A DNA stretch of 64,000 nucleotides from Balanoglossus misakiensis (Eukaryota; Animalia; Hemichordata): the NCBI GenBank assembly GCA_040954595.2, contig CM082577.2, forward strand, positions 124,001 through 188,000. Reading direction: 5' to 3'. The position numbers were made by a program, and so were the translations under genes. The notes beneath the pieces were generated by a model. The model saw nothing but the letters and a program-made list of their open reading frames with translations. It was not told the DNA's origin and searched no databases. This document shows positions 10,373 to 23,033 of the stretch, piece after piece (within the stretch, counting starts at the first letter, position 1; every line of letters starts with the position of its first letter).

Positions 10373-13300
10373 ATGCCCCGCGTGAACTTTCCAAACAGTG
10401 AACGTTCTAGAGATACTGCGGGTTGTCCAATTGCACTGACGTCACGGTGTCATTTCCATTGGGTTGCTAGGTGGCTGGAAGTGACGAAATCTCAAACAGA
10501 GAAAACTCAAACTGTTCCTAAAGAGATTATCAATTATTCAAGACCCGCATTTTCCACCTTTTGTTGTGCCATGTACCTTTTTCAAAGAAGACATGTGATT
10601 TGCGATGTTTTCTGAAATAAACTTAATAAAGTGGGCATTCTTTGCCTTATGATTCGTATAAATTCTACGGATATGACCCGACCGCAGCAACCGCGCGGAG
10701 TATAACGATTCATTGTTTTGTGAGGTTCTGGCACAGGTAAATTTCTTTTCATAGACTGAATGAAAAGTCCATGGATTTTTAATACCCGGAAGTCAATCAA
10801 CTAAAAAAATCAACTTTCCAGAACGGTGTCTTAATCAGTCCGAGGTGCAAATAATATGCAATATTCATGGGAGGGATGCACAGGTTCAATACAGGTATAA
10901 TAGTGTATGACAACCACTGTGTACACATACGACGTGAAGGAGTTGTAGAAGAGCAAATATTTTACCCCTTGGAGGTGTCGATTTCAGTAGTCTAATGAAG
11001 TGGACAAAGAAGCCTTGATTGAAGATTCTCATCATTTTCACTGGACACTCTCCCCTTGACAACATACTGACAACCAACGCACAATGACGTCACGGAAACG
11101 TTCGACTACTTATCGGTGACAGAACTATCATGTCCGGAAATTCACCGCTACTGAGAAAAATGAAACAAAATTGCTTCAAGTGTTATAAGTTGTCGATTAA
11201 TCTGCCTGTCTGCTGTCGCTTATTCATATGAATATAGGGGCCTATGATGTAACGAGTGTCAAGCCACAAAGTCGAATGATCCGCCTGAGGGCGCCCACAA
11301 TTGTCAATTTCATTCCCGCTGTGGAACATACTGATATCAATGAAAAACGTCGCTGCGAAAGTATTTTGTGTGTTGCATTAAAATGTGTCCATCATGATGA
11401 CCCTTGATAACAAAATCAATCTATGAACCCTCTATAAGTAGACCTCTTATTTCAATTTCTGAGTAAAGCGGCATAAATCAATGTTCAAGTTTTATACGCT
11501 GCGTTGCTAAGCACCGTTCTAGACATCCATGAGGTCGTGTTGTTTAATAATTTGATGAATATTAACCCGGGGTTCTCGGCATTTGAACATAATTCTGTTA
11601 TGTGTATACATACTCACCGACAAAGACAAAGAGACATACACATACTGTTACGTAGGAGAAGTTTGCTGTTGTTTTGTGACCAGGTGTGTTTTCGCTTACT
11701 TTCGTAATTTGAATATTTGCGTGACCAGGTGTGGTGCATTCATTATTTTCCCCATATAAAAAGCCCGCACGTTGTGTTGCGGCGTAGCTACTAATTTGGA
11801 CTTGCCCGTGTGAGCTGTTCTGTTCCTCGCCGGCTTGGAAGCTGTGCCTTATTTCCTGTTGCACTGGTCTGGAAACCGCGCCCAGAAGCCGTGCTACCTC
11901 ATGGGGAATTCGTCTGAAAGCCGTGCCGTCTACCGGTTGGATTGTGCCAGAACGCTACTCGGACTGAACGTCACTGTTGGGACTGCCGTGGTGCTGGTCG
12001 CGTTCGTCGTGCGTTACGGAGCCTTGGACTTTAGTCTTTCATTTCCCACACCTGGTCACATTTAAGGTAGTCATTTATTTTTGTGTGTTTTTTTTCCCAG
12101 TGTACAATCTTTTTATATTTACCAATGTTTAGTTGTAGTAATTGAAAGTTTCCATAAGTAAGGAAATAACGTGTGGTGTGCCTATTGTTGACCGTCTTTG
12201 TTGCGTGCTGCGCTGGTTGGTTCACCAAAGCGAGCCATTCAGTAAGTTTATTTGCTCACTGCCCTGTTTCGGAACTGAACGGCCAGCGTGTCGTAACACA
12301 TACATAGAAAATAATACAATTTCTTGTATTTTACACCTATAAAATATCTCCAGCAGTTACAATCGAAAACAAATATTTTTTATTCTTAATTGTTTTAACG
12401 AATCCTTTGACATTTTGCTGATGGTGTCACGGTAAACTATGGCAGAGAATTATTTAAATCAGAAACTTCAACATAATCCTGACATGTGTGTGGCGCCCTC
12501 AGAGCCCAGTTGGGAAAGGTGGGGTTGGTATCAACCTGGCCGCAGGCTTGTGTGGAATTGTTACAAGAGTAAGTTCAGGTTAGGCTGGCGTAATCGCTGT
12601 ACGGAACCCATACCTTTACGGGACTCATGTGGAACCCTTGTAAAACAGGTACACGGAGACCGATGAAAGTAACAGCCAATAACCAAAAATAACTAAAATG
12701 ACCAAAATCATGTTATGAAATTTGAGCGACTTTGTCACAGTTTGAAAAAGATCAAACATCGTGTTTGAAAATTATTTTTCATGCTAGAGCTGATGGAAAG
12801 TTGTTCAAAAGTTCCGTGTTGATAGGCGATATCTATTGTTAGCCACTGTCACTGATCAATCGGCTGGGGAGGGGGGGGGGGGTGGAGTTACATGTACATG
12901 GTGACTTCAGTGAAAAAAAGTGTAGATGCGCCCTCAACGTTTGATCACAACGTGGTGCTCTCCGTCTTTTGGTCTTTTGTCAGTTTATATTAGTCCGCAA
13001 AATACGTTGTACTTCACGCCCGAACAAATGCAATTCACAGTTGATAAGATTTCATTAACGGGTAAAACCAAATCAGATGCTTACACGCAGCAACCGAATT
13101 CACGTAATTTCTGATACGAAGTGAGTATTGAGATTAGATGAGATTACATTTCAATAGGAAGGCATCGTCATCCGACCTGTGATATCTTGCAGGTACATGT
13201 GCAGTAGCCATGGAGGCGTTGAAATGACCTGAATGAAATCAGCTTTACGACAGATTGAGCAGGAAAATTGCCGAGTAGTGACAATAAAAGTGGCATCGGT

Positions 13301-14142
13301 GATTAAGTTTGGGTTGTCGTTTTATGTGTGGCTGTAGTGTACAGCAGGGAAATGTACTGATGGACACTGAATGTGTTAATGGACTAAAAAGAGATTTCTC
13401 TCTTCCTTTCCTTTCTGTCATTACTTCTTTTGATTGTGTTCAAGAATAATTTAGAGATCAGCCAAAATTGCCGCGAGAGAAATGCGTCATATTAGTGTGT
13501 ATGATGGCCGCATCTCTTTCTGGCGTACAAGGTCGGTGAACAGATCTGTCGTCTAAACATTAACGCCACGCAGATAATTACTTGCCCGTTTAAAATACGG
13601 CTGGTCAGCTACTTGTTATGATCTGTACAACAATAACTTAATTTTGATGTTTCTTTTTACTTCTATTGTATCATTACCCGTACTCGTTGGTGTAAAGAAA
13701 CTTATTTCATTTGCACACAGGTTTTGACAAACAGCAAAGCAATGCATGTGAGGCCGTTTTGTGCTAATGAATATCTAATTAATGAACCGATAAATACATA
13801 ACTGTTTACCACGGCTGTGTAAAGATTTGAAAAATAAGGCCATATATATTTTGCATGTAAATGGTGGGAAGATTCCCATGACGTCAAAGATCGCCTTGTG
13901 TCCAGCTTGTATGTCACAGTTGAATCGATCACGAAGTCGCCGGTTGGATGGAAATCCACGGGGCCGAAGGGTCGCCATGTTTACGTTCGAAAACATTTCG
14001 ATCTTGTCCTTTCCGCTGCTGATGTGACACGGCCAAGTCAAGTCAGATCTGGGCTATCTTTTCCCATGGGGTCCTGATGCATAGATAAGTCCGCTATCAT
14101 TTTGGTCAATATCGCCCTATTTCGTGAGAGGCGACTTACGCC

Positions 14143-14991
14143 ATGGTCAACGGAGGGAGGAAGATATCAGAAAGACTGCCCAAAGAATGTATGCACCGCG
14201 ATCTCGATGAGGAAAAGAAACGAAAACTACCGAATCTGAACTTGTCCTGCAAGAATTCTCCTTTTCAGGTGACAAGAAAACCGATCGTGCCGATCATCGG
14301 AAACGCCGTACCACAAGTCGTCGACGAGGGGATCGGTAAAACAAAAGATGCGGTGTCCGAAAAGTTACCGCTCTTGCAGGAGACTAAAGCACCGGTGGAT
14401 ACAAGATCGTCTCGGAAGTCAACTGATGATCTGGAGTTGCCGAGCTTGAAGCTGCTAGATTTAAAATTTGATGTGTGCAGGAACAATGAGTGCGAAGAAA
14501 GCAGCGCCTTCTCCGGCAAAAACGGCGACCGGAGACGACCAAGGAACGCCTACATCACAAAACTGAAGCGGTGCCACCACATAAACGGCATTGAAAAATA
14601 TCGATTCGGGTCGGCGTCGGTCAGAGACAGGACTAGTGGCGCAGCCAACACACCGTCGCTTCAACAGGAAGATCCCGCAACCATGGAGACCAAGCCGGCG
14701 TTTTACATCGACATGTGCCTGCAAGTGAAATTCGGCCCGCCGCACTTCGTCTCGCACTTTCCATCGGTGGAAGAATGGCTGTCATCCGCAAGGAGGAAAG
14801 TCGCCTCGAGGTCTCGATCAAGACGAAATGATGCTCCTTGCCAGATATGGAAATCGGAGCTAGCTTGCATTCTTCTGAGCAGTCCAAAACGCTTACACCT
14901 GAGAGACGAAGAGGCTGTTTTTGATTTATTCCACGACAGAAACGCGCCAAGCAGAACCGCCAGGGTACATTCCGAACGTGCGCAGTTTTAG
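14143..14991 (+). CDS. Uncharacterised single-coding-exon protein (282 aa; basic disordered N-terminus, possible small folded C-terminal domain)
   Basis: gccATGg Kozak context, GC-elevated ORF, repeated LPxL motifs (KLPNL, KLPLL, ELPSL), and a hydrophobic C-terminal block (FYIDMCLQVKFGPPHF...VEEWL...CQIWKSELACILL). Confidence 0.72.
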   Translation: MVNGGRKISERLPKECMHRDLDEEKKRKLPNLNLSCKNSPFQVTRKPIVPIIGNAVPQVVDEGIGKTKDAVSEKLPLLQETKAPVDTRSSRKSTDDLELPSLKLLDLKFDVCRNNECEESSAFSGKNGDRRRPRNAYITKLKRCHHINGIEKYRFGSASVRDRTSGAANTPSLQQEDPATMETKPAFYIDMCLQVKFGPPHFVSHFPSVEEWLSSARRKVASRSRSRRNDAPCQIWKSELACILLSSPKRLHLRDEEAVFDLFHDRNAPSRTARVHSERAQF

Positions 14992-17978
14992 TCAAGACAA
15001 ACTGTGTATTGCTTACTTTTTTAACTTCTATACAACAGTTTGGTTTTTACTTTTCCGATTGAAAATGTCATTTTCTTTATCCTCACACTGATGACAATAT
15101 TTGACGTTCCTTTCCAATTTAATTGTCCGAATTGCGACCTTTCTTTGTTATTGTGTTTTCATTATCAAGTGAATAAATCTGCAGCAGAAAAAGAATTTAA
15201 TGGGTTTGCTTCTGTCATATTCTTTGTCACAGAATTTGAAATTTCACTGGCCATTTTGTTTACATTATTGCTGACGCATCTGTTCAGCTTTTGCACACAA
15301 AAACTTGATAAATCCGATAAGAATTCTTCCTCCCTGGTCTTATCCCATCTGATTTCCACTTTTTTAGGTGTTTAACATAGTTATGTTTTCTGGATTAAAT
15401 TCTCGCAACAATATAGTACTGCCATTGTCTGTACTAGTAATAGTATAACTGTCTCCAATGATGTGCTGTCTTGTCGGCGTGGCCTCATTTCACCGTGGTC
15501 TGTATATTTTACACATGGAATGTTCAGTGCATTATAATAGCCATTTTGTACATATCATTCTCATATGGCTTTTATGTAAACTAACTTCTATATTTTTTAT
15601 ATAAAACGACACCCTCATAATTAAACAGAATCATTTAAATATGAAGCCAGTCCCATTATTATATTTTTATCTATCAAGACATTGTTCGAAGCTACACGAA
15701 TGATGTTCAAGACTGCTCTAGTCTTCTGGAAATTATAAATTATAGAAAACTATACTCCTTTGTTGATATAAAAGAGAAAGTAACACCTGCCTGAATGTTA
15801 TTAAAACTTTAAAAATACTAGTACAATGAATCGCCCAATTCCATTTTAGACTGGGGCATTATGAGTGTTCTTGTTGTGTGAAAGGCCAAATACACAATAT
15901 CTACAGAAAGTTATTAAGCCCATTAACGACACTCGTTATCATTATTAGTCACACTCTGTCATTCACACACAATGTTTTCTTTGTTTGGTTAGATGTCATT
16001 ATATACCCTCGTTAGAAGACACTCGGTAACCATGGCGCGCGTTTCTTTGGTAACCACTCGCAAGCTTTTCCGTGTTGCCAATCGAACTAAGTTTAAGTTA
16101 ATTAATGAGTTGGCCATAAGAAGTATTCGTACTTACTGTAGCAAATGTAAAACGTGCTCAAATACAACCCGCGAGCGATACAGTTTATTCCCGTGGGCTA
16201 AAACCTTTCATTTCTCAGTGATACTTTCTCACATTTAGATTGGTCATCTTTTATGACTCTGTCCAAAAATGTTTGTTTGAAGTCAACTTAAGTCATTCCG
16301 TAATCCTTGATTGGATTGAATACGAACAAGAATAAGTGATTGTTGTAAATTGTTTGAAAGAGAGGCGCTGTGTGGTAATGGAGCAATGAGGTCATTCTCC
16401 AAGTGATATGAGTAAACGAATGAAAAAAAATACTCTGAGGCATAATTGAACTAATTTGTCAGTAATGATTAAATACAAATGAAAGCGGAAAACCTCTAAT
16501 TGGATGCTCCGCCCAGATGATATTAAAATTATACGAAATAAATGTTTACATCATATTCCTTTACACAGAGATGTCGTGAAAACAATAGACAAGAAGAGAT
16601 TGGAGTCCAGCAAAATGTCGTTTCTCGTCTTGACGATCGTCCAGTGTTCGTTTGTTCGTATTTGGCAACCTGCTAAAATCCCAATTAGACCTACATTTTT
16701 TTTCTTAACAAAAATAAAGTAGAAAATTGTTTTTGGGATTGTGCGTCGGAACAAAGACCTTACCATACAGATGGACGAGTACGCAGGCGAGAAGTTTTTC
16801 AACACGCCAGTTACGGGCCTGGTACGTCTGTCGAGCCGTCCCAAGGAACAATTTGTTTTGAGCTGTCGCCGGGTTATGAATGAAAATGCACTTTCTGTAG
16901 GTTTAGTGCGTTTTCTTGTTAATAGTCACTTAAAGCGAAAAGGTGACAGCGCCGACGTTTTCAAGCAACAATCGAATGACAGTAAATGACTTTTGTGGAA
17001 AAAGTACACCCGGTGTCTTGTCACTTTGAAAATGAATGCAAACAATCAATATTTTGACTCGCATCTTCGATGAGCGAGTGTTCACCGGAGCGGTATCATT
17101 GTCCGATATTTGCTGACAACTAAAGATGAATAAAACGCCTCACAGCCCGTTGCTACATCGCAAGGAATGCGATATGGAAGATTCCACCTGTCTTAAAATA
17201 GGAGGTGACACCTTGTGACAGTCGGTGGAAGAAACGAAAGCACCCGCATACATATATATGCTCAAACCTCGGTTGGCGTCTTTCAGACGTCGTGGGTATG
17301 ACAACACCCCATCAGTGCATTTAATTAGGAATATATAGACTCTTCCAAACGATATCCGTGTACGATTGGGAGTGACTGGAATTTAATCGAATATTTAACT
17401 AGTTTCTTTTCCCCGGTCCTTGGTATCAACGCCTATAAGCGCCTTGACACGTGGTTTGCATAGCCCTTTAATTAAATCCGGCCTTCAACATATCAAGCTA
17501 TTACACAAACTGTACCTTCGTGCCAAGAGAAAACCCAGGTAAATTGACCCAGGAGACCCCGTGGCTTAGCGGCCCTCCAATCACAATGGTTAGCAAATTG
17601 GCGTTACACTCAACATGCTTCGATTGCTAGTTTTGCGGTGGTACCAACCACCGACCATAATAACTCCCCGCCGCGTCGCGGGAATTGCTCAAGCGAATAA
17701 CCTGCAAACTGGGTTTCCGTTGTCAAGGGAGAGACGCGTCAATCTCAGTTGTTGAACTTGCGTTTTAAGATTTGGCAACGGTTTTTTGATATCAAGGGGT
17801 CATGAGCAGAGGTCAACTTGTCATGCGTAATTGATTTTCGCGATATTCGCAACTACGGGATCATTGAGTGGGAATGCCGTCATGGCAGTAGGAGCGTCGA
17901 CGCAATTTCCAGGCCAGTGCTGTCGTCTTGGTAATGTGTGTATTTCTCACTCAGTTTGTTTGACAATCTGTCACAACT

Positions 17979-19040
17979 ATGGCGAAGAACAGTGACGTCA
18001 TGACAGACAGGCGCAGTATTTTCCCGAAAATAAACTCCGTCACTTCGAGGGGCGAGAGCCACAGGAACCCTCGCAAGGAGCCGCGGACGAGAGTTTTCCC
18101 CAGAAAGTATCAGCTGGCAGCCACAGCTGGCCGGCTACGGTACGTCTACTCACACCGCCCCACTCTTGCCATGCACAGGGGCAAACTGCAGATCGCCAAC
18201 AGGTCAGAACCCATCGCCAAACCCGTGTCGTTGACGGTTAAAAACAGCGGAAAGTCGGATGACGACGAGACGTCGGGAGGGAACCCCTCCTCTGAACTCG
18301 AGCTGACCTCAGAGGACGATAACTCCATTTCTGTCAAAGTGAACGAATTTGATACAGCGAGCGGGAACAGCCACGATAACGAGTCCACAATCTCGACTGT
18401 TCACCCTCTCGTCAATGCTGCTGCGAGGGTCTCGCTGGCGTCGACGGCAAGCCAACCGAACGAAAACGGTTGGCTGGGCCTCGCGCCGATGGACCCGGCG
18501 CTCTCTTTTACGGACAACAACTCGAGACTAAACAGAACTAATTTCGGGCTGGTGCTGCCGTATCTGAACGAATTCCAGCCGCCTCGTAAAAAGTCTGCCT
18601 CGCGGGAGAGGCCTCACAGAACAGAGGAGACATTCAACTCGGAATACCAGTGGACGATTTCGGCAGCGACAACGGGCACTGACGATGAAAGTTACCGCGA
18701 CGGAGTAAGGAGAGCCCACGAAAATGTTTATCTTCTTCGCAACGTGAACAGGAAGAAATCGGCCAGATGGTCAGACTCAAATAGTTCCGGGCTGAGTACG
18801 AATTCGTCCGGTAAATCCAGATCATTATACCCGCCGACGGGGTCCTTAACATACGATAATCACAACGTCAACTGTCCTTTGTGTGAGTTTTATACCCCGT
18901 CAAAGCAGGGCCACATTTGCCCGCCAAACTCCCCCGATCTGTCGAGGTCGCCAAGTAGGACCCCCTCATCTTCCCTGGATCTATCACTTTCGGATTTCCC
19001 AAGCCCGACCAGCCGTTTGGAATTTATCGTCAGCGACTAG
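17979..19040 (+). CDS. Uncharacterised single-coding-exon protein, family A (353 aa)
   Basis: actATGg start preceded by an acceptor-like tttctcactcag (ends 17954). C-terminal HNVNCPLCEFYTPSKQGHICPPNSP. AATAAA ~19154 downstream. Confidence 0.85.
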   Translation: MAKNSDVMTDRRSIFPKINSVTSRGESHRNPRKEPRTRVFPRKYQLAATAGRLRYVYSHRPTLAMHRGKLQIANRSEPIAKPVSLTVKNSGKSDDDETSGGNPSSELELTSEDDNSISVKVNEFDTASGNSHDNESTISTVHPLVNAAARVSLASTASQPNENGWLGLAPMDPALSFTDNNSRLNRTNFGLVLPYLNEFQPPRKKSASRERPHRTEETFNSEYQWTISAATTGTDDESYRDGVRRAHENVYLLRNVNRKKSARWSDSNSSGLSTNSSGKSRSLYPPTGSLTYDNHNVNCPLCEFYTPSKQGHICPPNSPDLSRSPSRTPSSSLDLSLSDFPSPTSRLEFIVSD

Positions 19041-21281
19041 TACAACCTGCCGTAAAACACGGGGATTTTGACAATCACAGTTTGGGAAATTATTCGCTCT
19101 GTTTCATGTTCAATAGGATAATCAGAGAAACGAACAGAAGCCTCTTTGTCTTCTAATAAAAAAAGTTAAAAGCGGTAACGACCCGTATTCTCTGTCTTAT
19201 TGTCATTTTGGATTCAGTCGCATCTCAAGCACTCGACCTTACATAATGCGCCTTCGTGTCAACATCTTTTCAACCGTTCCTCTCACTAAACAAGTTCGCT
19301 GTTCAGAATATCTCCATCTCTACATTGCTCACGGCAAACACGATGGACATTGTCTTTGTAAACGGATTCAAAGCCGGGTCGCCATATTTGCGGTTCGCCG
19401 TTAAGCAAACGGGGATTTTAATGCGATCGTCAACACAAGCGAGAAGGGTCAGTTATTACACCCAAGCACAGCACCATTCACGATCACCCGCCCGAGGATC
19501 GAACGAGTCTGCGTCCGATGATGTGTTCTTTGTCTACGTCTACAACACTTACACTTTTATGTAAGCATATTGCAAAATCGATTCTATTTGTCATCGTTCG
19601 AAGTGTAACGTTAGCATGTCTGTCTGTCTGTCTGCACAATTCAGAGATTTACCAATCATTGACCCGATATGTAAAGTTCCTGTGTTTAGATTTGAAATCT
19701 GGGCTTAGCCCACTTATTCTGCGTTGCCGTGCAATAGGAAAAAAACATATTTTACCAGAACTGTAAAAAGCGACCAACATTTGACGATGTAATCGATCAT
19801 CCTTAGTTATTATATTGTCAATAGTACCAGGGATGAATCTATAGGGGTTTGCTCTTTACTAAGCAGGTTGTCCACATGTTGATCCCATTGTGCACAAAAT
19901 CTGTGTCGTCATCATTCTAACACATAACATATGTGAAATACAATTGAGTGCAATTCTCATTTTAGGCGGGGGAAAAAAACAAACGTGCACTCGCTTTCAT
20001 GAACAACTTTTCAGGGCATAAGCCAGGGAGAATAGTTGGTTAAATTTGCTTGCACTTACCAAACTTTAATATTTAATTCTTTTTTTTTTCTTTTATGACA
20101 TAATTTATTGTGAAAGTATGGAATACCAACCTTCCTGTCTCATTTCATCCATAAACAGTAGAAAGGGGTGTCTTTCTACTGTCTAGCGTTACGTTTCAAC
20201 ATAAGTCTCACATATGCTGCTCAAAAAGTGCGACACGCATCCTCGGAAATAGCCAGCCTCTTTAGTTGATTTATTTTTATCATCGAGAATTTCTCGTGGT
20301 GAAATATTTGTTTGATTAGGTTAGACACACGTTACGCCATATTGATTTCAGAATGTAAATTGCCTTTTTCAGGCTGTGTCTTGGAATGTTTCAATCGTGT
20401 TCGAACAGGCGCCTGCTTTAGTCGATGTTTTTTTTCTCGTAGAAAAGAAGTCATTCACCGGACATAAAATAACATCGCATTCCAACGCGCCATGTTATTT
20501 TTCTGTTTTTACATAGCTTAAGTGAAGTGCAATAAGTCACGGGAGACACCAATATTTTCCTTCCGCTAATCTGCTACACAAATGAAATTTCACGGTCGCC
20601 ATGGACAGCAGACGAACCCATTCCACATGTGGTCATTCGTGTTGCCTGGAGTTAGCGCCGTCAGTCGACGAACCTTGGTATGTTCGCGATTTTCGATGAT
20701 GTCACGCCTATGGATCAATTATTGTTGTTTAATTTCACAAACGACCGTGATGAGTCATGTACTCCCCACATTGCCCCGAAATATACGACGTTGATAAATC
20801 GTGCCCTTTTCACTTTTCAAGGAGTGTAAAATCCCCTCGCCTTATCTATAGGGCCACAGTGGTTTATGCTGATGGGCGTTGAGGGATTTTTATTGTAGCA
20901 TTTTCAGTCAACGAGCGGTTTACACTTTAATAAAAAGAAACAGTCTCGGTGATTTCATCTGGTAATTCAATAATCGATTGCGAGTCTCAGATTTTCATTG
21001 TTTGGCTCAGATCTTGTCCGCTGTCATCACGGACACATTTTCGCAGGTGTGCATTTGAATGAAGTATACTATACAGCTGCCAGTCGAACGTGGTCTCTAG
21101 AGGGCGCCTGTCAGAGAGTCTTGGTAATCTTTTCAAACGTGGTTTCACGGTCAAGGCGCATAAAAGAAAACTATTATCTCTCGTCTTTGTCCTTTTTCCA
21201 CGGTCCATTTTGTCAATGTGACATTTACAATGGGACAACACTTGACCAAACCAAGATAAATAAGGTCAGTATGGTCGCAAT

Positions 21282-21295
21282 GTTGCCTTGGAAAC
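21282..21295. promoter_or_regulatory. RFX X-box-like motif GTTGCCTTGGAAAC
   Basis: Near-perfect X-box match. Confidence 0.5.
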
Positions 21296-21994
21296 AATAA
21301 ACGTCATGGCTAACCGCCAGGTACGTCTTCCCATGGAAATGCTATCTCCGGCCAAAATGCGAAGACAGACGTTGTCGTTGAAGTTATAAAACACAAATTC
21401 TAGCTCTGTTAAATACATGCTGACTGCTTTGTGGCTGCATTGCGTACTAAAAGGCACACCTAACTAGCTCTGTATTGACAGGGAGGTGTTGTTAATACCG
21501 GCTGTGCCGAGGACACTGACAATGCGTTATACACCAAATGATCAACTGCGCCTGGCCGAGGAATAAAACCAATGAAAAGTGACACAGACCCTTGATTTCT
21601 GGCAGCATAAAACGCAGAGTTAAATTGTCTGTGGTCACTGAAGTGTGACAGCCTGTGGGGTCATCTGACTGATTGTTGTCGTGTTTTCAATTTGTAAAAA
21701 CGGACATTCAAATAAAATCCATTGGTTGCTTGGCAAATTTAAAACGCCAATGTGGAACTGTGGCTTTTCTGTGAGATGACCGTGGATGCATGACTCTGTT
21801 TGATGTCTAAACAAGAATAATTTGAGCACGTCTGATATGTCTGATGTGGACGATTTTATAAATTCACACGCTGTGACTCTGCTTTCGTTGAACGAACTTT
21901 ACTGAACACCAGAAAGACGAAAATAATGACAAAACAATGTATTTTCGTGTTCACTGCGCATGCGTACTTGGTTGTATGCTTCAACTATAGCTTC

Positions 21995-22341
21995 TAGTAT
22001 GCGCCTCACAAATAAAAGCCTTAGACTTTTTCTCATATTTTGTTCAAGGCAAATATAATGCATTCGCTCTTTAAATTGAGAATAAAAATTATGGGTCACC
22101 GTGCAAAATTTTGAATAAGAGAGCAAAATTGTCTCAACTTTGTAATTCAAAATGGTCGCCAGTCTATTGAACTCTATGGAGAAAGAATTTAAGTAGTGAT
22201 TTTATGAAAACAACACGGTGAATACCCTGGTTTCTTATCTGTTTTCAAAAAGGCTCCTCACATACTTTAATATAGCACAGAATTGAAATGTTTGGAGGAT
22301 TATCGTTTTTTTCCTGAAAATCTGTCCAAGAGGCACGTACC
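21995..22341. mobile_element. Degenerate non-autonomous DNA transposon (MITE-like)
   Basis: Imperfect terminal inverted repeats (agtatgcgcctc / gaggcacgtacc). The right end 22290-22341 is homologous, in reverse orientation, to 45389-45445. Confidence 0.5.
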
Positions 22342-22965
22342 ATGTGACCTCACTGATTCGCCATCATTGTCATGTCCGACGTTGTTTGTTCATAAATATC
22401 GGTATGGTTTACATTTCAGCGGTGCGCGTATTTTCGAACTACAAACAAAAGAAAGCCACACAAACACGAACGATCTCCCCAACACAAGGCTTCACGGCAA
22501 CTTTAAGATTACCAAAAGCACGGATTAATATGACAAAGACACGTGTTTGCTAAAAATGAGGGGCATGTTTCCCGAAACACGAACCCCAAATGTTAAATAT
22601 TTGCACGTATCTGGGTACGTGTCATCAAATGACTAAATACATGCACCTTTATCATTTATCATCTGCGATTGAAAACAACGTCCGCCATCCCTTACTTTTT
22701 TCGCCTGTTTTATATGTACATTGTACACACGTTGACATATAAAAGAATGGCGCACGTCAAAACAGGCAAACCGTGACGCGACACGGTGTTTGTCAACATA
22801 GTACGCTGGGTGTGTGAAATCGAATACGCAAAAGAGGATTACTCGCGGGGAATGATACGTATCCTTTTCCAGAGGGCCGATAGTGTTTTCACGGACTTCA
22901 TCCTCGAAATTGAGGCAAAGCGTTTCCCATATCATGGTCCTTGTGGGGAGGAACCTAGGCCTATA

Positions 22966-23033
22966 TAGCCTGGCCCCAGACTAGTGTGTTTTAGATATAT
23001 AGAAATTCTACACACTGGTCTGGGGCCAGGCTA
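22966..23033. mobile_element. 68-bp mini-MITE / hairpin
   Basis: 24-bp inverted arms TAGCCTGGCCCCAGACTAGTGTGT ... ACACACTGGTCTGGGGCCAGGCTA with one mismatch, a 20-bp AT-rich spacer, and TA at both ends. Confidence 0.7.
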
